DNA of 61,843 nucleotides, the filler included. It is 6 parts of 6 records of this genome, joined end to end, with 100 filler letters (N's around TTAATTAATTAA, not from the genome) between each part and the next. Parts side by side here need not be neighbours in the genome. Positions count along the whole stretch, not along the records: positions 1 to 24,898 come from DRR378314_1871; 5 more parts are not named here. One strand, given 5' to 3'. Shown here one piece after another: positions 6,173-16,831 of this stretch. Below the pieces are notes generated by a model that worked only from the letters and a program-made list of their open reading frames with translations, was not told the DNA's origin and ran no database searches. Each line of letters starts with the position of its first letter. Position 1 is the stretch's first letter. The position numbers and the translations under genes were made by a program.

Positions 6173-7576
6173 TTATTCCTCCCAAGTATCTGTTCTAAAC
6201 GAAGAGGCCGGAAGTCCATCGGTATTGAATAGGCTGCCCTCCTCACAATTCTTAAAGGCATATCTAACGGCCACAGGATTTAATACCCCTTCTGCCCACA
6301 CGCTTAGGGTCCTGTCCCCGTTTATTTTTGCTTCTGCAGGATGAAAAACTTTATCCGCCCCGGCCACTTCAAAGCCCGATAATGGCCGTCCATAACTGGA
6401 GAGTCCGTTCTCATTATACTCAAAGGACAATTTTACCTTGCCATCCTTTATCTCATCTATTGCTTTGTACACCGGACCGCTATACGCAATACCCTCCATG
6501 CCGTAATCTTTGGCAAGTGCCCAAAGGGCCAATCTATCTCCCACCAGTTTCTTCTCCCTGGGATGGATAAAATCGCAGTCGCCAATGTCCATTGTTACTG
6601 CCATTCCCGTATTTTCAACCGTTTTCATAGTGTGCAATTGCGCTTCCCTAACATAGCCTGCATTACCGCCGTCATAGCCATATGGTGCAATTTGAACAAA
6701 GTAAAAGGGAAACTTGCCCTGTTGCCACTTTTCCCTCCAGGTATTGATCATGGTGGGGAACAGCTGGGCGTATTCCTTGGCCTGGTTCCTGTTCGATTCC
6801 CCTTGGTACCAAATAGCTCCCTTAATGTTGTACCCTATTAAGGGGTTGATCATGGCATTGTACAATAGGGTAGGGGTACGTTGTGGTGCTCCCTCAGGAA
6901 GCTTTTTGGGCAACTCTATGGTATTGAATTCGGAAAGCGTCTCCTTATCCATCCAGGTCTCCACATTGGATCCGCCCCAGGAGGTATGGATCAAACCGAT
7001 GGGAACATTTAAAAGGCTATTCAACTTTTTTCCAAAAAAGTAAGCGGTGGCACTAAAGTCCCTTACGGTAGCCGGACCGGCCTCGGACCATTGCCCTTCC
7101 ACATTTTCCAATGGCTCCAAACTGGTAGCTCTTTTTACGGTAAACAGGCGTATCTGACTGTTCCTGGAATTTAAAATGGCTTCAGCACTGCCATTTATGG
7201 GTTGGTTGTTAAATCCTTTTACAGGCATTTCCATATTGGATTGCCCGGAACACAACCAAACCTCCCCGATCATAACATTTTTCAGGGTACGCGCATTGCT
7301 CCCCTTTATGTTCAGGGTATAGGGTCCGCCATAGGATGGGGTTTGGATCTTCAGTTTCCATTGTCCGTTGGCATTGGCAGTTGCGGTGGATTCTTTTCCC
7401 CAACTTCCTATTACTTTAATTTTAGCGTTCGGTTTATCGGTTCCCCAAATGGAGACATCGCTATTTTGTTGTAAGACCATATGGTCCCCAAAAAAGGCAG
7501 GTAATTCAATTTGAGCTAAGGAGACTGTGGCAGTGCTCAATAGCAATGCCAATAGTAAGGTTTTCAATAAATTCAT
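6173..7576 (-). CDS. Sialate O-acetylesterase (SASA/SGNH) family, secreted
   Basis: Signal peptide; motifs GEVWLCSGQSNM, WGGS, IWYQGESN, D..IHP. Confidence 0.92.
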   Translation of the reverse strand: MNLLKTLLLALLLSTATVSLAQIELPAFFGDHMVLQQNSDVSIWGTDKPNAKIKVIGSWGKESTATANANGQWKLKIQTPSYGGPYTLNIKGSNARTLKNVMIGEVWLCSGQSNMEMPVKGFNNQPINGSAEAILNSRNSQIRLFTVKRATSLEPLENVEGQWSEAGPATVRDFSATAYFFGKKLNSLLNVPIGLIHTSWGGSNVETWMDKETLSEFNTIELPKKLPEGAPQRTPTLLYNAMINPLIGYNIKGAIWYQGESNRNQAKEYAQLFPTMINTWREKWQQGKFPFYFVQIAPYGYDGGNAGYVREAQLHTMKTVENTGMAVTMDIGDCDFIHPREKKLVGDRLALWALAKDYGMEGIAYSGPVYKAIDEIKDGKVKLSFEYNENGLSSYGRPLSGFEVAGADKVFHPAEAKINGDRTLSVWAEGVLNPVAVRYAFKNCEEGSLFNTDGLPASSFRTDTWEE

Positions 7577-7788
7577 AGTTGTTATAAATATGGTAATAGG
7601 CTGTTATTAAAATGTTCCTCAAAAGGGTACCCTGGAATTTTCCTTAATGAGAAAGCACTCCGATAAATGTAGCAAATTTTTAGGTTTTCAAGTAAGTTCT
7701 AAGTTATATCAACGCTGCCCAGTGTTAGGAGTAGAAGTCCAATTATAATTCAATTGATTTTTTTTATTTCCAAGTCTCAGGGCTATGG

Positions 7789-8307
7789 CTAATCCAAAGC
7801 AATTTTATCGATCAACAATATAAAGTTTTCGGTTCTTTTGTTCCCGATCAGGAAAACAATTTCCTCAATGCTATTTTTTGAAAAATTGGGCATGTCCAAT
7901 TTCCTGCCCCGAAAAGAAGGATACATATCTTTGAGTGAAATTTTGATTTCTTCCCACTCCCCTGAAGTTGGGAAAGTAACGATATAGGAATAATAATTGC
8001 TGGAATCGTCCTTTACCCTAAACTGATAATTTTTGCCGTCGCCTTTGAGTTTAATGGTTATGTTACTGTCTTCGGTTACCTGTAGCTTTTCAAACCGGTA
8101 ACGCACGGAAGAGAATCCACCATTGTTTTCCAAAGAAATCTCCCCCTTAAATAGTCCATGTCCATTAGGGCTCAAGGTGAAGCTCCCTACCGACAAGCCT
8201 CCCATGACCCCATCATTCACAATTCTCCATTCCTTGATGTTGGAATCTTTATTGAAATCGAAAATTATTTTTGAGGTCATAAGCGTCATAAAAACTAAAG
8301 TGGCCAA
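7789..8307 (-). CDS. CIA30 family protein
   Basis: WRIVNDGVMGGLS, LENNGGFSSVR, KGDGKNY. Confidence 0.9.
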   Translation of the reverse strand: MATLVFMTLMTSKIIFDFNKDSNIKEWRIVNDGVMGGLSVGSFTLSPNGHGLFKGEISLENNGGFSSVRYRFEKLQVTEDSNITIKLKGDGKNYQFRVKDDSSNYYSYIVTFPTSGEWEEIKISLKDMYPSFRGRKLDMPNFSKNSIEEIVFLIGNKRTENFILLIDKIALD

Positions 8308-8415
8308 AAGATACTTTATAATTCACCTTTAGGGTAATTTACGACAACTTAGGCTAAGGACCATATTTAGTTAGGGGATATGGTTGGCACAAGTCAAAAA
8401 TTAGACTTTACATTT

Positions 8416-9372
8416 TTAGTAAATGGACCGCTCCACCTTGTTTTTTATGGGGGGTATGGTCTGCAAGTATTCAAATATGGCCCCGGCTTCGGCATCGGTA
8501 AGTTGAGGATAGGGAAGCATGGGGTAGGTCAAGGCCTTTGCACCCTTTTTCTGCCCATACTTCAGTGCATTGACAAAATCTTCCTTGGTCCAATTCCCAA
8601 TTCCGGTTTCCTTGTCCGGTGTAAGGTTCGATGTCAGCATTACCCGTCCCTGCAAATCCAAGGGTTTATTTCCCCCTGCAAAGTAGCCTTCACTTAATTC
8701 CGGATTTAAAAAATCGTTGGTTTTAAAGTCGGCCGAGTGACAGGAGAAACAATCCAGGTTATGTGCCAGATATTTGCCCAATTCCACAGTGTCGTCCTCA
8801 TTAGGTAAGGGAATTGCCTCAGTGGGCATAGGTAAGGGTTTAAAAGCAACCCTACAAAGGATTTTGGTCAACAAAGAAGGTTTTGGTGGAACATCCGGAG
8901 TGGGATCCGCTTTCACCATAGGGTGGTCCGACCTTAAAAACGCAATAATGGCATTAATATCTTCATCCGCCATATGTGGCAATTTGGCCATATAGGGCGG
9001 ACTGTATTGACCGTCCCTTTTTATGCCCGTTCTAAGGAGGTATACCAGTTCCCCATCCGTCCAGTCCCCAATGCCATAGGTCTTGTCCTGGGTGATGTTC
9101 TGGGAATAGATTTCTCCAAATTCCGGTGGGGCATCCATCATTTTTTGACCCGTAAGTTTATTGGTTTGATGGTTCAAATGGCAGCTGGCACATAACATAA
9201 CGGCCAATTTTTCGCCCCTGGCCAAAGCTTCGGGACTACTATTTACCTTGAAATCAATTTTTTCCACATCATAGGAAGGAATATCGTTGGCACTGATAAA
9301 GATTACAACAATTCCAATCAATAATACAATCAATCCTATGCTAACTCCTAGTATTTTTAATCCTTTTTTCAT
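8416..9372 (-). CDS. Diheme cytochrome c family protein
   Basis: Two CxxCH motifs (CASCH, CFSCH), repeated N[IL]TxDxxxGIGxWT, N-terminal membrane anchor. Confidence 0.9.
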   Translation of the reverse strand: MKKGLKILGVSIGLIVLLIGIVVIFISANDIPSYDVEKIDFKVNSSPEALARGEKLAVMLCASCHLNHQTNKLTGQKMMDAPPEFGEIYSQNITQDKTYGIGDWTDGELVYLLRTGIKRDGQYSPPYMAKLPHMADEDINAIIAFLRSDHPMVKADPTPDVPPKPSLLTKILCRVAFKPLPMPTEAIPLPNEDDTVELGKYLAHNLDCFSCHSADFKTNDFLNPELSEGYFAGGNKPLDLQGRVMLTSNLTPDKETGIGNWTKEDFVNALKYGQKKGAKALTYPMLPYPQLTDAEAGAIFEYLQTIPPIKNKVERSIY

Positions 9373-9810
9373 CTAAACAATTTTTAATTTAACAAAAGGG
9401 TATTTAAAATAGAGGGGGAAATTTTATAGTTTCAATAAGTTGTTTTCAGTATTAATAGCACAAAAGACAACAGCTATATGCTATAATAAAAACATAGGGT
9501 TAGCTACTCAGGTAACGGTTGCACAATGTTTCCGAAGTCTAATTAAGTGAAAGATTTTGGTCATGGGTCGGTTTTTGGCTATAATATTAAATAGCTGTTG
9601 GTTTCAAAAAAATATCCTAGCTGGGGTACTCCTAAAATAGTAATTTTTTTGCATAGATTGATATAGTCTTGATTACAATCTTCTTTAAATCAGTTAGATG
9701 TTGATGAAAGGTGCCTTATGGGTCAATGTTTACCTTTTGTAGGAACATTCACCATTCGAATATTGCTTGAACAAAAATTTCTCAAGGAAATAGATTACAC
9801 TTTGGGCCAA

Positions 9811-11688
9811 TTAGTCATTCTTGTCCTTTTCCACCTTTACGCTAAAACTTGGCGCCTTATAATCCTTGGGCAAATAATTAGCCGGTGTAGTAGTCATATT
9901 TCCATCCCTGGCAGCCCTATAATGTGGCGATAGGATTTCAATGCCCCTTTCATTAAATACGTCTTGTATATTTTGATGCAAATTGGAATAGATCAATGCC
10001 TGTTTACTGGCATTTTTTGTATGTGCGTTTATTTGGTAGGCAACATAGAAATCTTCCAAGCTGGTCTGTAGTACAAAGGGAGCAGGATCCTTTAAAAGTA
10101 GATCTGTCCTTAATGCGGCATCGATCAGGGCCTTATGTACATCTATCCAAGGAACATCATAGCCAATGGTCACGGTGGTATGTATAATAAGCCCCCTTTC
10201 CAAAGTTTCGCTGGTAAAATTGGTAGTGTTGCCGGAGAGCACCGAAGAATTTGGGATGGTGATTACTTCATTTTTTGTGGTTTTCACCCTGGTTACCAAC
10301 AAGGTTTTTTCTACCACATCGCCGGTGACTTCACCAATTTTTATACGATCCCCAATTTTGAAGGGCCGCATATAGGTAATGACCAATCCGGCCACCATAT
10401 TGGCAATGGCCGTTGAGGATCCCAAAGAAAACAGTACCCCTATAAATACGGAAACTCCTTTAAATATATCTGAGTCCGAACCTGGTAAATAGGGGAAAAT
10501 CAATATGAACATAAAGGCATAAAGCAAAAACTTCACTATGCTGAAAGTAGGCATGGCCCAGTCCGAATGAAAACCGGATAATTTTAGTTTTTCCGCTTCA
10601 ATTTCTGAAAATATGTACCGTACGAAACGGATACAGTATTTCATTACAAAATAGATGACCAAGATGCTGATCAGGTTGGGTATATAGTGCCATACAGCGA
10701 TGGCGCCACCTTTAAATGGGGACCATATTAATTGGAAAAGCGTATCTGCCCAAGTGCGGGAGAAAGGAAAAATACTAAAAATGATCGGTAGGGAGATGTA
10801 CAGCAAAAGCGCGTACACCAACCAACGAAAAATATTGAACAAAAACAGCACCACTTGCAATTCCTGATCGGCAGTCAGAAAGGTATAATCCTTGTAAGAT
10901 AGGTTTTTGAGCCACTTGTCCTTTGATCTATGAATGTAGGCGAGTGCCCTGGTATAACCTTTCCCTATGAGGATAAATATTAGCCAGGCAAGGCCAATGA
11001 CGAGGATGACCAAGCCTATGCGCATAAATATTTTTAATATGCCACTCTCTTTCTTTACTTCAATGATGGAGGTCTTGATCTTAAGCATAAATTCATCTGC
11101 CAGGGCGCGCATACTTTTGTCGTACCAAATGGCATCGGATTCGGAAATACTCATAATGATGGTTTCTCCATAAACAATATCAAATGTGTTTTCAGATTTT
11201 ACAACGACAATGGAATCGATCTTTAGAAAATCATCATCATCCAATTTTTTGATTTTTTTTGATATGCTAAGTGCCCTCTCTTGGGGAGTGGAAGCTCCAA
11301 TCTTGGAATAGATATGGAATAGGGTATCGCCAAGGGAAGTGATTACCGGAAATCCGGAGGCAGTATTCCGCAATGAATCTATACGCGCTATTTTGTTGGC
11401 TATGCGCGACTTATTATTGTCTTCAATTGTTTTAAGCTGAAGAAGAAGTTCTTCTTTTTGTATGTTATCCGTTGTTTTTAAAGAATTGAGCTGATTCTCC
11501 AAATCCGCTTTCTTTATGGAATCTTCAACACGTTGCTGTTCAATTTCCACTATACGCTTGTTATAATTTTTTAAGATTTCCGTATTGACCGAATCTTTGT
11601 TTACCGTAATGGTATCGGTCTGACTTTTTACATTATAACTGCAAAGAAGGAGTAGGGTAAAAAATAATACTCGTGCGTAGGGTCTCAT
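9811..11688 (-). CDS. Large MscS-family mechanosensitive channel
   Basis: RPFKIGDRIKIG, ITIPNS, TIGYDVPW, GIEILSPHY; periplasmic coiled N-terminus. Confidence 0.9.
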   Translation of the reverse strand: MRPYARVLFFTLLLLCSYNVKSQTDTITVNKDSVNTEILKNYNKRIVEIEQQRVEDSIKKADLENQLNSLKTTDNIQKEELLLQLKTIEDNNKSRIANKIARIDSLRNTASGFPVITSLGDTLFHIYSKIGASTPQERALSISKKIKKLDDDDFLKIDSIVVVKSENTFDIVYGETIIMSISESDAIWYDKSMRALADEFMLKIKTSIIEVKKESGILKIFMRIGLVILVIGLAWLIFILIGKGYTRALAYIHRSKDKWLKNLSYKDYTFLTADQELQVVLFLFNIFRWLVYALLLYISLPIIFSIFPFSRTWADTLFQLIWSPFKGGAIAVWHYIPNLISILVIYFVMKYCIRFVRYIFSEIEAEKLKLSGFHSDWAMPTFSIVKFLLYAFMFILIFPYLPGSDSDIFKGVSVFIGVLFSLGSSTAIANMVAGLVITYMRPFKIGDRIKIGEVTGDVVEKTLLVTRVKTTKNEVITIPNSSVLSGNTTNFTSETLERGLIIHTTVTIGYDVPWIDVHKALIDAALRTDLLLKDPAPFVLQTSLEDFYVAYQINAHTKNASKQALIYSNLHQNIQDVFNERGIEILSPHYRAARDGNMTTTPANYLPKDYKAPSFSVKVEKDKND

Positions 11689-11861
11689 ATCATGGTCCGT
11701 TTAAAGGTTGGTATGCGCATTGGCATCAAGGCCATTGGCGTGGTTATTCAAAAGTATGATTTAAATAAACACAAAATTCTTGGATTCTGATCGACTATTA
11801 AAATTTAAATAGCCTTCGCTAAGTCATAAGATGGCTATTATAACACACTTGGTCGTTATCC

Positions 11862-13511
11862 TTAAATATTGGATTTTGCCTTTTCCAAAGCCTCATTGAT
11901 ATTCTTGAAGATATACTCTTCGTTCAATACGGAGAACATTTCGTTCTTCTCAAAATCCTTTTTGGTCTCTTCGTTGATCCCGGATAGAATTACTTTTATA
12001 CCCTTGGCCCTGTACGTTTTTATAATCTCCTTTAAGCTCTGATATCCGGTGGCATCGATCAACGGAACATACCGCATTCTTATAATAATGACCTTGGGTT
12101 GTAAATGGGTATTGGATATGGTTTCCTGAAATTGTCTTGCGGCACCAAAAAACAAGGGGCCATTAATTTCATATAGCAGCACATTTTTAGGGAGCTCCAG
12201 TAGTTCATCGTCAAACAAATGTTCGCCGTTAATATTATCAGATGTAATTTTTTCAACCAGTACCGCCTCGCTCATTCTTTTCATAAACATAAAACTGGAG
12301 AGTACAATCCCAATTTCAATGGCTATAACAAGATCAAAAATAACCGTTAGGAAGAAGGTGCTAAGTAGGATGATGATATCCATTCTATTGCCCTTTAAAA
12401 TCGATCTAAATTGTCGCCATTCGCTCATATGATAGGCCACGACCATTAAAATTCCCGCCAAACAGGAAAGGGGTATCAACTTGGCATAAGGAGCAAATAA
12501 AAGCATTATGGACAAGAGAACCAATGCGTGTACTATACCCGCAATTGGGGTTCTACCGCCATTCTTTACATTGGTGGCAGTTCTTGCTATGGCCCCTGTG
12601 GCGGGGATTCCCCCAAAGATGGCCGAGAATATATTGGCACCGCCCTGAGCTATCAATTCCATATTGGAACGATGTTTTCCGCCTATCATGGAGTCCGAAA
12701 CCACAGCGGACAGCAGGGATTCTATACCACCTAATAGGGCAATGGCAAAAGCAGGCTGTATAAGGGACTTTACAGTGGCATAATCTACGTTGGGAAGGCT
12801 GGGCATGCTCAAATGATTCGGGATTTCCCCAAAATTGCTTTCAATAGTATCCACCGGTATCCCAAAAACCTGTACCACAATTGTGGACAGTAGGATGGCA
12901 ACTATAGAACCCGGTATTTTCTTTATCAGTTTTTGAAAATATAGGGTTATGATGACCGTTCCGCCAGCGATTGCAATGGCATACCTATTGATCTTGTCCA
13001 AATTTTCAAAATATACCGCCCATTTATCCATAAAGTCGGCCGGTACCTTCGCTATCTGAAGTCCAAAAAAATCATTGATCTGGGAAGAAAAGATAATCAG
13101 GGCGATACCACTGGTAAAGCCTACTATAAGTGAATAGGGAATAAATTTTAATAGGTTCCCCAATCGGGCAAGTCCCAGGCCTATTATGATAAATCCGGCC
13201 ATAAAGGTGGCTATGGTAAGGCCATTTATTCCATGCTCTTCAACAATACCGTATACGATTACGATAAAGGCTCCAGTTGGCCCCCCAATTTGGACCCGAC
13301 TACCGCCGAAGGCCGAAATTATTATTCCGGCAATAATGGCCGTAATTATTCCCTTTTCCGGCGATACTCCGGAGGCTATTGCAAAAGCGATCGCCAAGGG
13401 AAGGGCAACGATGCCCACGATCAATCCAGAAAGTATGTCTTTTGTAATGGTTTCCTTGGAAATTCCCTCCTTTAAAAGTGAGAACAACTTAGGAATAAAT
13501 TCTTTGTTCAT
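11862..13511 (-). CDS. SulP/SLC26 anion transporter with STAS domain
   Basis: VALPLAIAFAIASG, IGGPTGAF, TGAIARTATN, GPLFFGAA, IDATG. Confidence 0.93.
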   Translation of the reverse strand: MNKEFIPKLFSLLKEGISKETITKDILSGLIVGIVALPLAIAFAIASGVSPEKGIITAIIAGIIISAFGGSRVQIGGPTGAFIVIVYGIVEEHGINGLTIATFMAGFIIIGLGLARLGNLLKFIPYSLIVGFTSGIALIIFSSQINDFFGLQIAKVPADFMDKWAVYFENLDKINRYAIAIAGGTVIITLYFQKLIKKIPGSIVAILLSTIVVQVFGIPVDTIESNFGEIPNHLSMPSLPNVDYATVKSLIQPAFAIALLGGIESLLSAVVSDSMIGGKHRSNMELIAQGGANIFSAIFGGIPATGAIARTATNVKNGGRTPIAGIVHALVLLSIMLLFAPYAKLIPLSCLAGILMVVAYHMSEWRQFRSILKGNRMDIIILLSTFFLTVIFDLVIAIEIGIVLSSFMFMKRMSEAVLVEKITSDNINGEHLFDDELLELPKNVLLYEINGPLFFGAARQFQETISNTHLQPKVIIIRMRYVPLIDATGYQSLKEIIKTYRAKGIKVILSGINEETKKDFEKNEMFSVLNEEYIFKNINEALEKAKSNI

Positions 13512-13686
13512 ATAGGAATCAAATGGTAGTCAAAGGTATTCAGTGAGGTACTCAAAGTATATTACATTTTATAATAGTAATAAGAGAGGATAAACCTAGG
13601 GTGATTTTTTCTTTTGAAATATGATAATGGTCATTTTATATCCTTGTAACATCATATTATTAATATTGGGCAGTCCTATTTTTTAT

Positions 13687-15201
13687 TTAGGATTGAGGAG
13701 TTGTGGATACGGTGGCCGTGTCATTTTTTTCTAGGTCTATGGTTATGTAGGAATAGGGCAGCACGCCATTGGCTACTTGGGTACTGGCTGTTTTTTCTCC
13801 ATTTACAAAGAGAAATTCATGGGTACCAGGTATTTTAGCGGTCCATTTTATGGTTTCCCCATTTATATTATGGGCTATGGTTTTGGTCTTTCCAAAATGT
13901 TTTACACCAATTTTATTGGATAATAAGGGAACGTTGGCCATTTCGGCCCATTCCAAATCTTTTTCCAACCTGGAAAAGCTTACAAACCCATTGTTAGCTG
14001 CATCTGCCTCTATGCCCATCAACCCTCGGGTTAAATGCTCTATTACCGTATAGGAATTCTCGGGATAGGCCCTTCGGGGGTTTTGAACGCTGCACAAATT
14101 TATGATCATCCTGTTGGCCAGTTCCGATTTGCCATTTTCATAAAACATAATAGGCAAATAAGATTTTAGCTCCACAATTAATTTGTTGAAGTTAGCCTCG
14201 TATTTCCCTACCAAATTCAAAATTTTGGAATTGTCCTTAATGGTATCAAAATAGAATAGGTAATGCAGAAAAGCCTGATCTTTCCCTACCATAAAATAAT
14301 CGAAGCTTCCATCGTCATAAAGAATGGAACGATATTCCTGTTTTTCGTTATCGTACCAAAATTGATCTAGGAATTCCTGTTCCTGATTGGCCTTCTCCAA
14401 GTATTCGGAAGATAGGGACAGGTCGCCCCTGAGCTTTAGCATCTCTGCGTAGGCCTTGTAAGCGGCTATTATGGAAGCGGTCATATCTATTCCCAGCATA
14501 GTTTCCCCTCTGCCACCTTCATTATAGGAAGGGATTCCCCTCTTATTTCCAAACCTACTATTTTCCGGATTGTCGGGCGTATGCAGGGATCGGTTTCTTT
14601 CCAGGGTTTCGCGGTAACCTAAATCCCAGTGATCCAAATATTCGTTGAGACTTAATTCATAAAAATTTATCAGATCTGGGTTCTCCAGGTATTCTTTGTT
14701 TCCGGTCCATTTATAAAGTCGATTGGCAGTATAGGTAATATCAAAGTTTGCCGGCAGGTTATACCAAAAATCTTGATCATTTTCGTAGTCTACCGGGGCA
14801 GGTTTGTTATACCTGTTAATTTCCCAATAGCTACAGTAATCTTTTTCCTTGCTAATGTTTTGGGCAAACTTTAGAAACATATTAAAATTGTGTTTCCCCA
14901 ACCCTAAAATTTCCGCACCAATTGCCTGGTGGGAAACATCCCGCATGCAGAACGCTTCCCGATCGGGTAGGGCAGCCTCATACCAATACCCAACTGGGTC
15001 ATTATTGTCATGGGCGTAGGACAAGGCCTTGTTTTTGGCCCAGTTGAAAGCTTTGTTCAATTCTTTATCGGACGAAACGAATATTAGTTCCCTGGTAGGT
15101 TTTTCGGGCGATTTTTGGGATGTGCCATTGCAACTCCCCAATATAGCGCACAATAAAAGTATTGGAAAGTTTTTTAAGGTGGTGGTTGGACTTGTTTGCA
15201 T
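13687..15201 (-). CDS. Hypothetical lipoprotein, possibly a six-hairpin glycosidase-like enzyme
   Basis: Lipobox LGSC; WYEAALP.R.AFCMRDVSHQ motif; aromatic- and acid-rich. Confidence 0.6.
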   Translation of the reverse strand: MQTSPTTTLKNFPILLLCAILGSCNGTSQKSPEKPTRELIFVSSDKELNKAFNWAKNKALSYAHDNNDPVGYWYEAALPDREAFCMRDVSHQAIGAEILGLGKHNFNMFLKFAQNISKEKDYCSYWEINRYNKPAPVDYENDQDFWYNLPANFDITYTANRLYKWTGNKEYLENPDLINFYELSLNEYLDHWDLGYRETLERNRSLHTPDNPENSRFGNKRGIPSYNEGGRGETMLGIDMTASIIAAYKAYAEMLKLRGDLSLSSEYLEKANQEQEFLDQFWYDNEKQEYRSILYDDGSFDYFMVGKDQAFLHYLFYFDTIKDNSKILNLVGKYEANFNKLIVELKSYLPIMFYENGKSELANRMIINLCSVQNPRRAYPENSYTVIEHLTRGLMGIEADAANNGFVSFSRLEKDLEWAEMANVPLLSNKIGVKHFGKTKTIAHNINGETIKWTAKIPGTHEFLFVNGEKTASTQVANGVLPYSYITIDLEKNDTATVSTTPQS

Positions 15202-15263
15202 TTTTTTAATTTAATTTCTGGTCTAGAGTTTGGTTCAGGGATTGGCCTAACCAATTTTTAAGT

Positions 15264-15734
15264 TTATCTATTCCTTTTTTTGTTCAATTCCGCCCTTCTC
15301 ATCGGCATGGAGTCTATGGTTCCAAAAAGTTCTTCAGCGGAAAGCAATCCGTTTTTTTCAAGTTTATTGCCGCCATCCAGTCCAATCAATACTACTTTGA
15401 AATCCACATTTTTTCTAGCAAATCTATCGAATAGGGCAGAGGAGGAAACCCATTCATTTTGTTCAGGATCAACAGCATCTTTGATTAGGGTATAACGCTG
15501 AGGCAAAACATGATAGATCAGCATTTTTCTTTCCTTAAGTTCGCTTGGAAATTTATAAAATTCGGCAATTTGATCCTGATATTCCTTGGAATTCTCATTT
15601 TGGGACATGATTAGTACGACCCTATTTTTCCATAGGTGTTTATTTAGATCTTGTCCATGGGCATAGCTTATCATCAGAATTCCTAATAAAATAAAGCCGC
15701 TTCGTATTATATTATTTTGTGTTTCTACAACCAT
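15264..15734 (-). CDS. DUF4174-like protein
   Basis: WKNRVVL, FKVVLIGLDGGNK, IDSMPMRRAE. Confidence 0.85.
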   Translation of the reverse strand: MVVETQNNIIRSGFILLGILMISYAHGQDLNKHLWKNRVVLIMSQNENSKEYQDQIAEFYKFPSELKERKMLIYHVLPQRYTLIKDAVDPEQNEWVSSSALFDRFARKNVDFKVVLIGLDGGNKLEKNGLLSAEELFGTIDSMPMRRAELNKKRNR

Positions 15735-16789
15735 TTCTTCTTTCTAAAATAGATCAACATTCCAATGGCAATGACTATAATTACGCCCCACATAATAAAA
15801 TAACTGTATTTATAATGAAGTTCCGGCACAACATCAAAGTTGGTCCCATAAATACCGGCAATAAAGGTCAGCGGAATAAAAATCACGGAAAATACAGTCA
15901 GAAATTTCATGATGTCGTTCAGCTTGCTACTAATGGTGGTATGATAGATGTTCAATTGGTCGGACAGTATTTCCCTATAGCTATCCGAAGAGTCGCTGGC
16001 GTGATTTATGTTGTCCTGTAGCTCCTTAAAATGCATTTCCGTACTTTCCGTAATATAATCCGATTCCATTTTTGCAAGGTTCAATATCAATTCCTTGGCT
16101 GGTTTAATATTCTTTCTCAAAAAATTCAATTCCCGTTTGTAGGAGTTGATTTCCCCAATAATCTCCTGCCTTGGTTCCAAGAGTAGACTTTCTTCCAGCA
16201 TTTCAATTTTTTCTCCCAATACGCCAATAATATAGATGTAGTTATCAATTACAATATCCAACAGGGCAAATAAGAGGTAATCCGTACCGCCGTTCCTAAT
16301 TCTTCTTTTCTGTTTTCGGATCCGTTCCCTAACTGGTTCAAAGACGTCCCCTTTGGTTTCCTGAAAGGAAATCAAAATCGATTCGGTCAATATCAAACTC
16401 AGGTTTTCAACATTTATGGTATCGGAATTGGGGGCTTGTTGCAACATTTTTATGGAGATATAAATGCAGTTGTCGTATTCCTTGATCGTTGGTCTTGCCT
16501 GGGTGTTCATTACATCTGCCAAGACCATACGGTCAAAATTGAATTCATTCGCAATGCCTTCAATAATTTCGGTATTGTGGAGTCCGTCTATATTAAACCA
16601 GGTAACCGTGTCCTTTTCCTGATATTTTAATACCTCCTTTACCGTCTTTATGGTTTCTTCGGCCAGGCTATTGGCATCAAAATCTATTATTCTAAGCAGT
16701 ACTTCATTAATTTTTTTATCACCACGGAAGATAAGTTGATCAGGTGAAGTCCCTATTTCCTCCTTTGATTTTTTTAAGAATCTTGCCAT
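15725..16789 (-). CDS. corA: Magnesium/cobalt transporter CorA family
   Basis: TWFNIDGLH, FIPLTFIAGIYGTNF (GMN-variant), PEL, two C-terminal TMs. Confidence 0.9.
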   Translation of the reverse strand: MARFLKKSKEEIGTSPDQLIFRGDKKINEVLLRIIDFDANSLAEETIKTVKEVLKYQEKDTVTWFNIDGLHNTEIIEGIANEFNFDRMVLADVMNTQARPTIKEYDNCIYISIKMLQQAPNSDTINVENLSLILTESILISFQETKGDVFEPVRERIRKQKRRIRNGGTDYLLFALLDIVIDNYIYIIGVLGEKIEMLEESLLLEPRQEIIGEINSYKRELNFLRKNIKPAKELILNLAKMESDYITESTEMHFKELQDNINHASDSSDSYREILSDQLNIYHTTISSKLNDIMKFLTVFSVIFIPLTFIAGIYGTNFDVVPELHYKYSYFIMWGVIIVIAIGMLIYFRKKKWL

Positions 16790-16831
16790 TTTTATTTTTT
16801 TATTGATCACATCGTTCTATGTTGATTGGGT

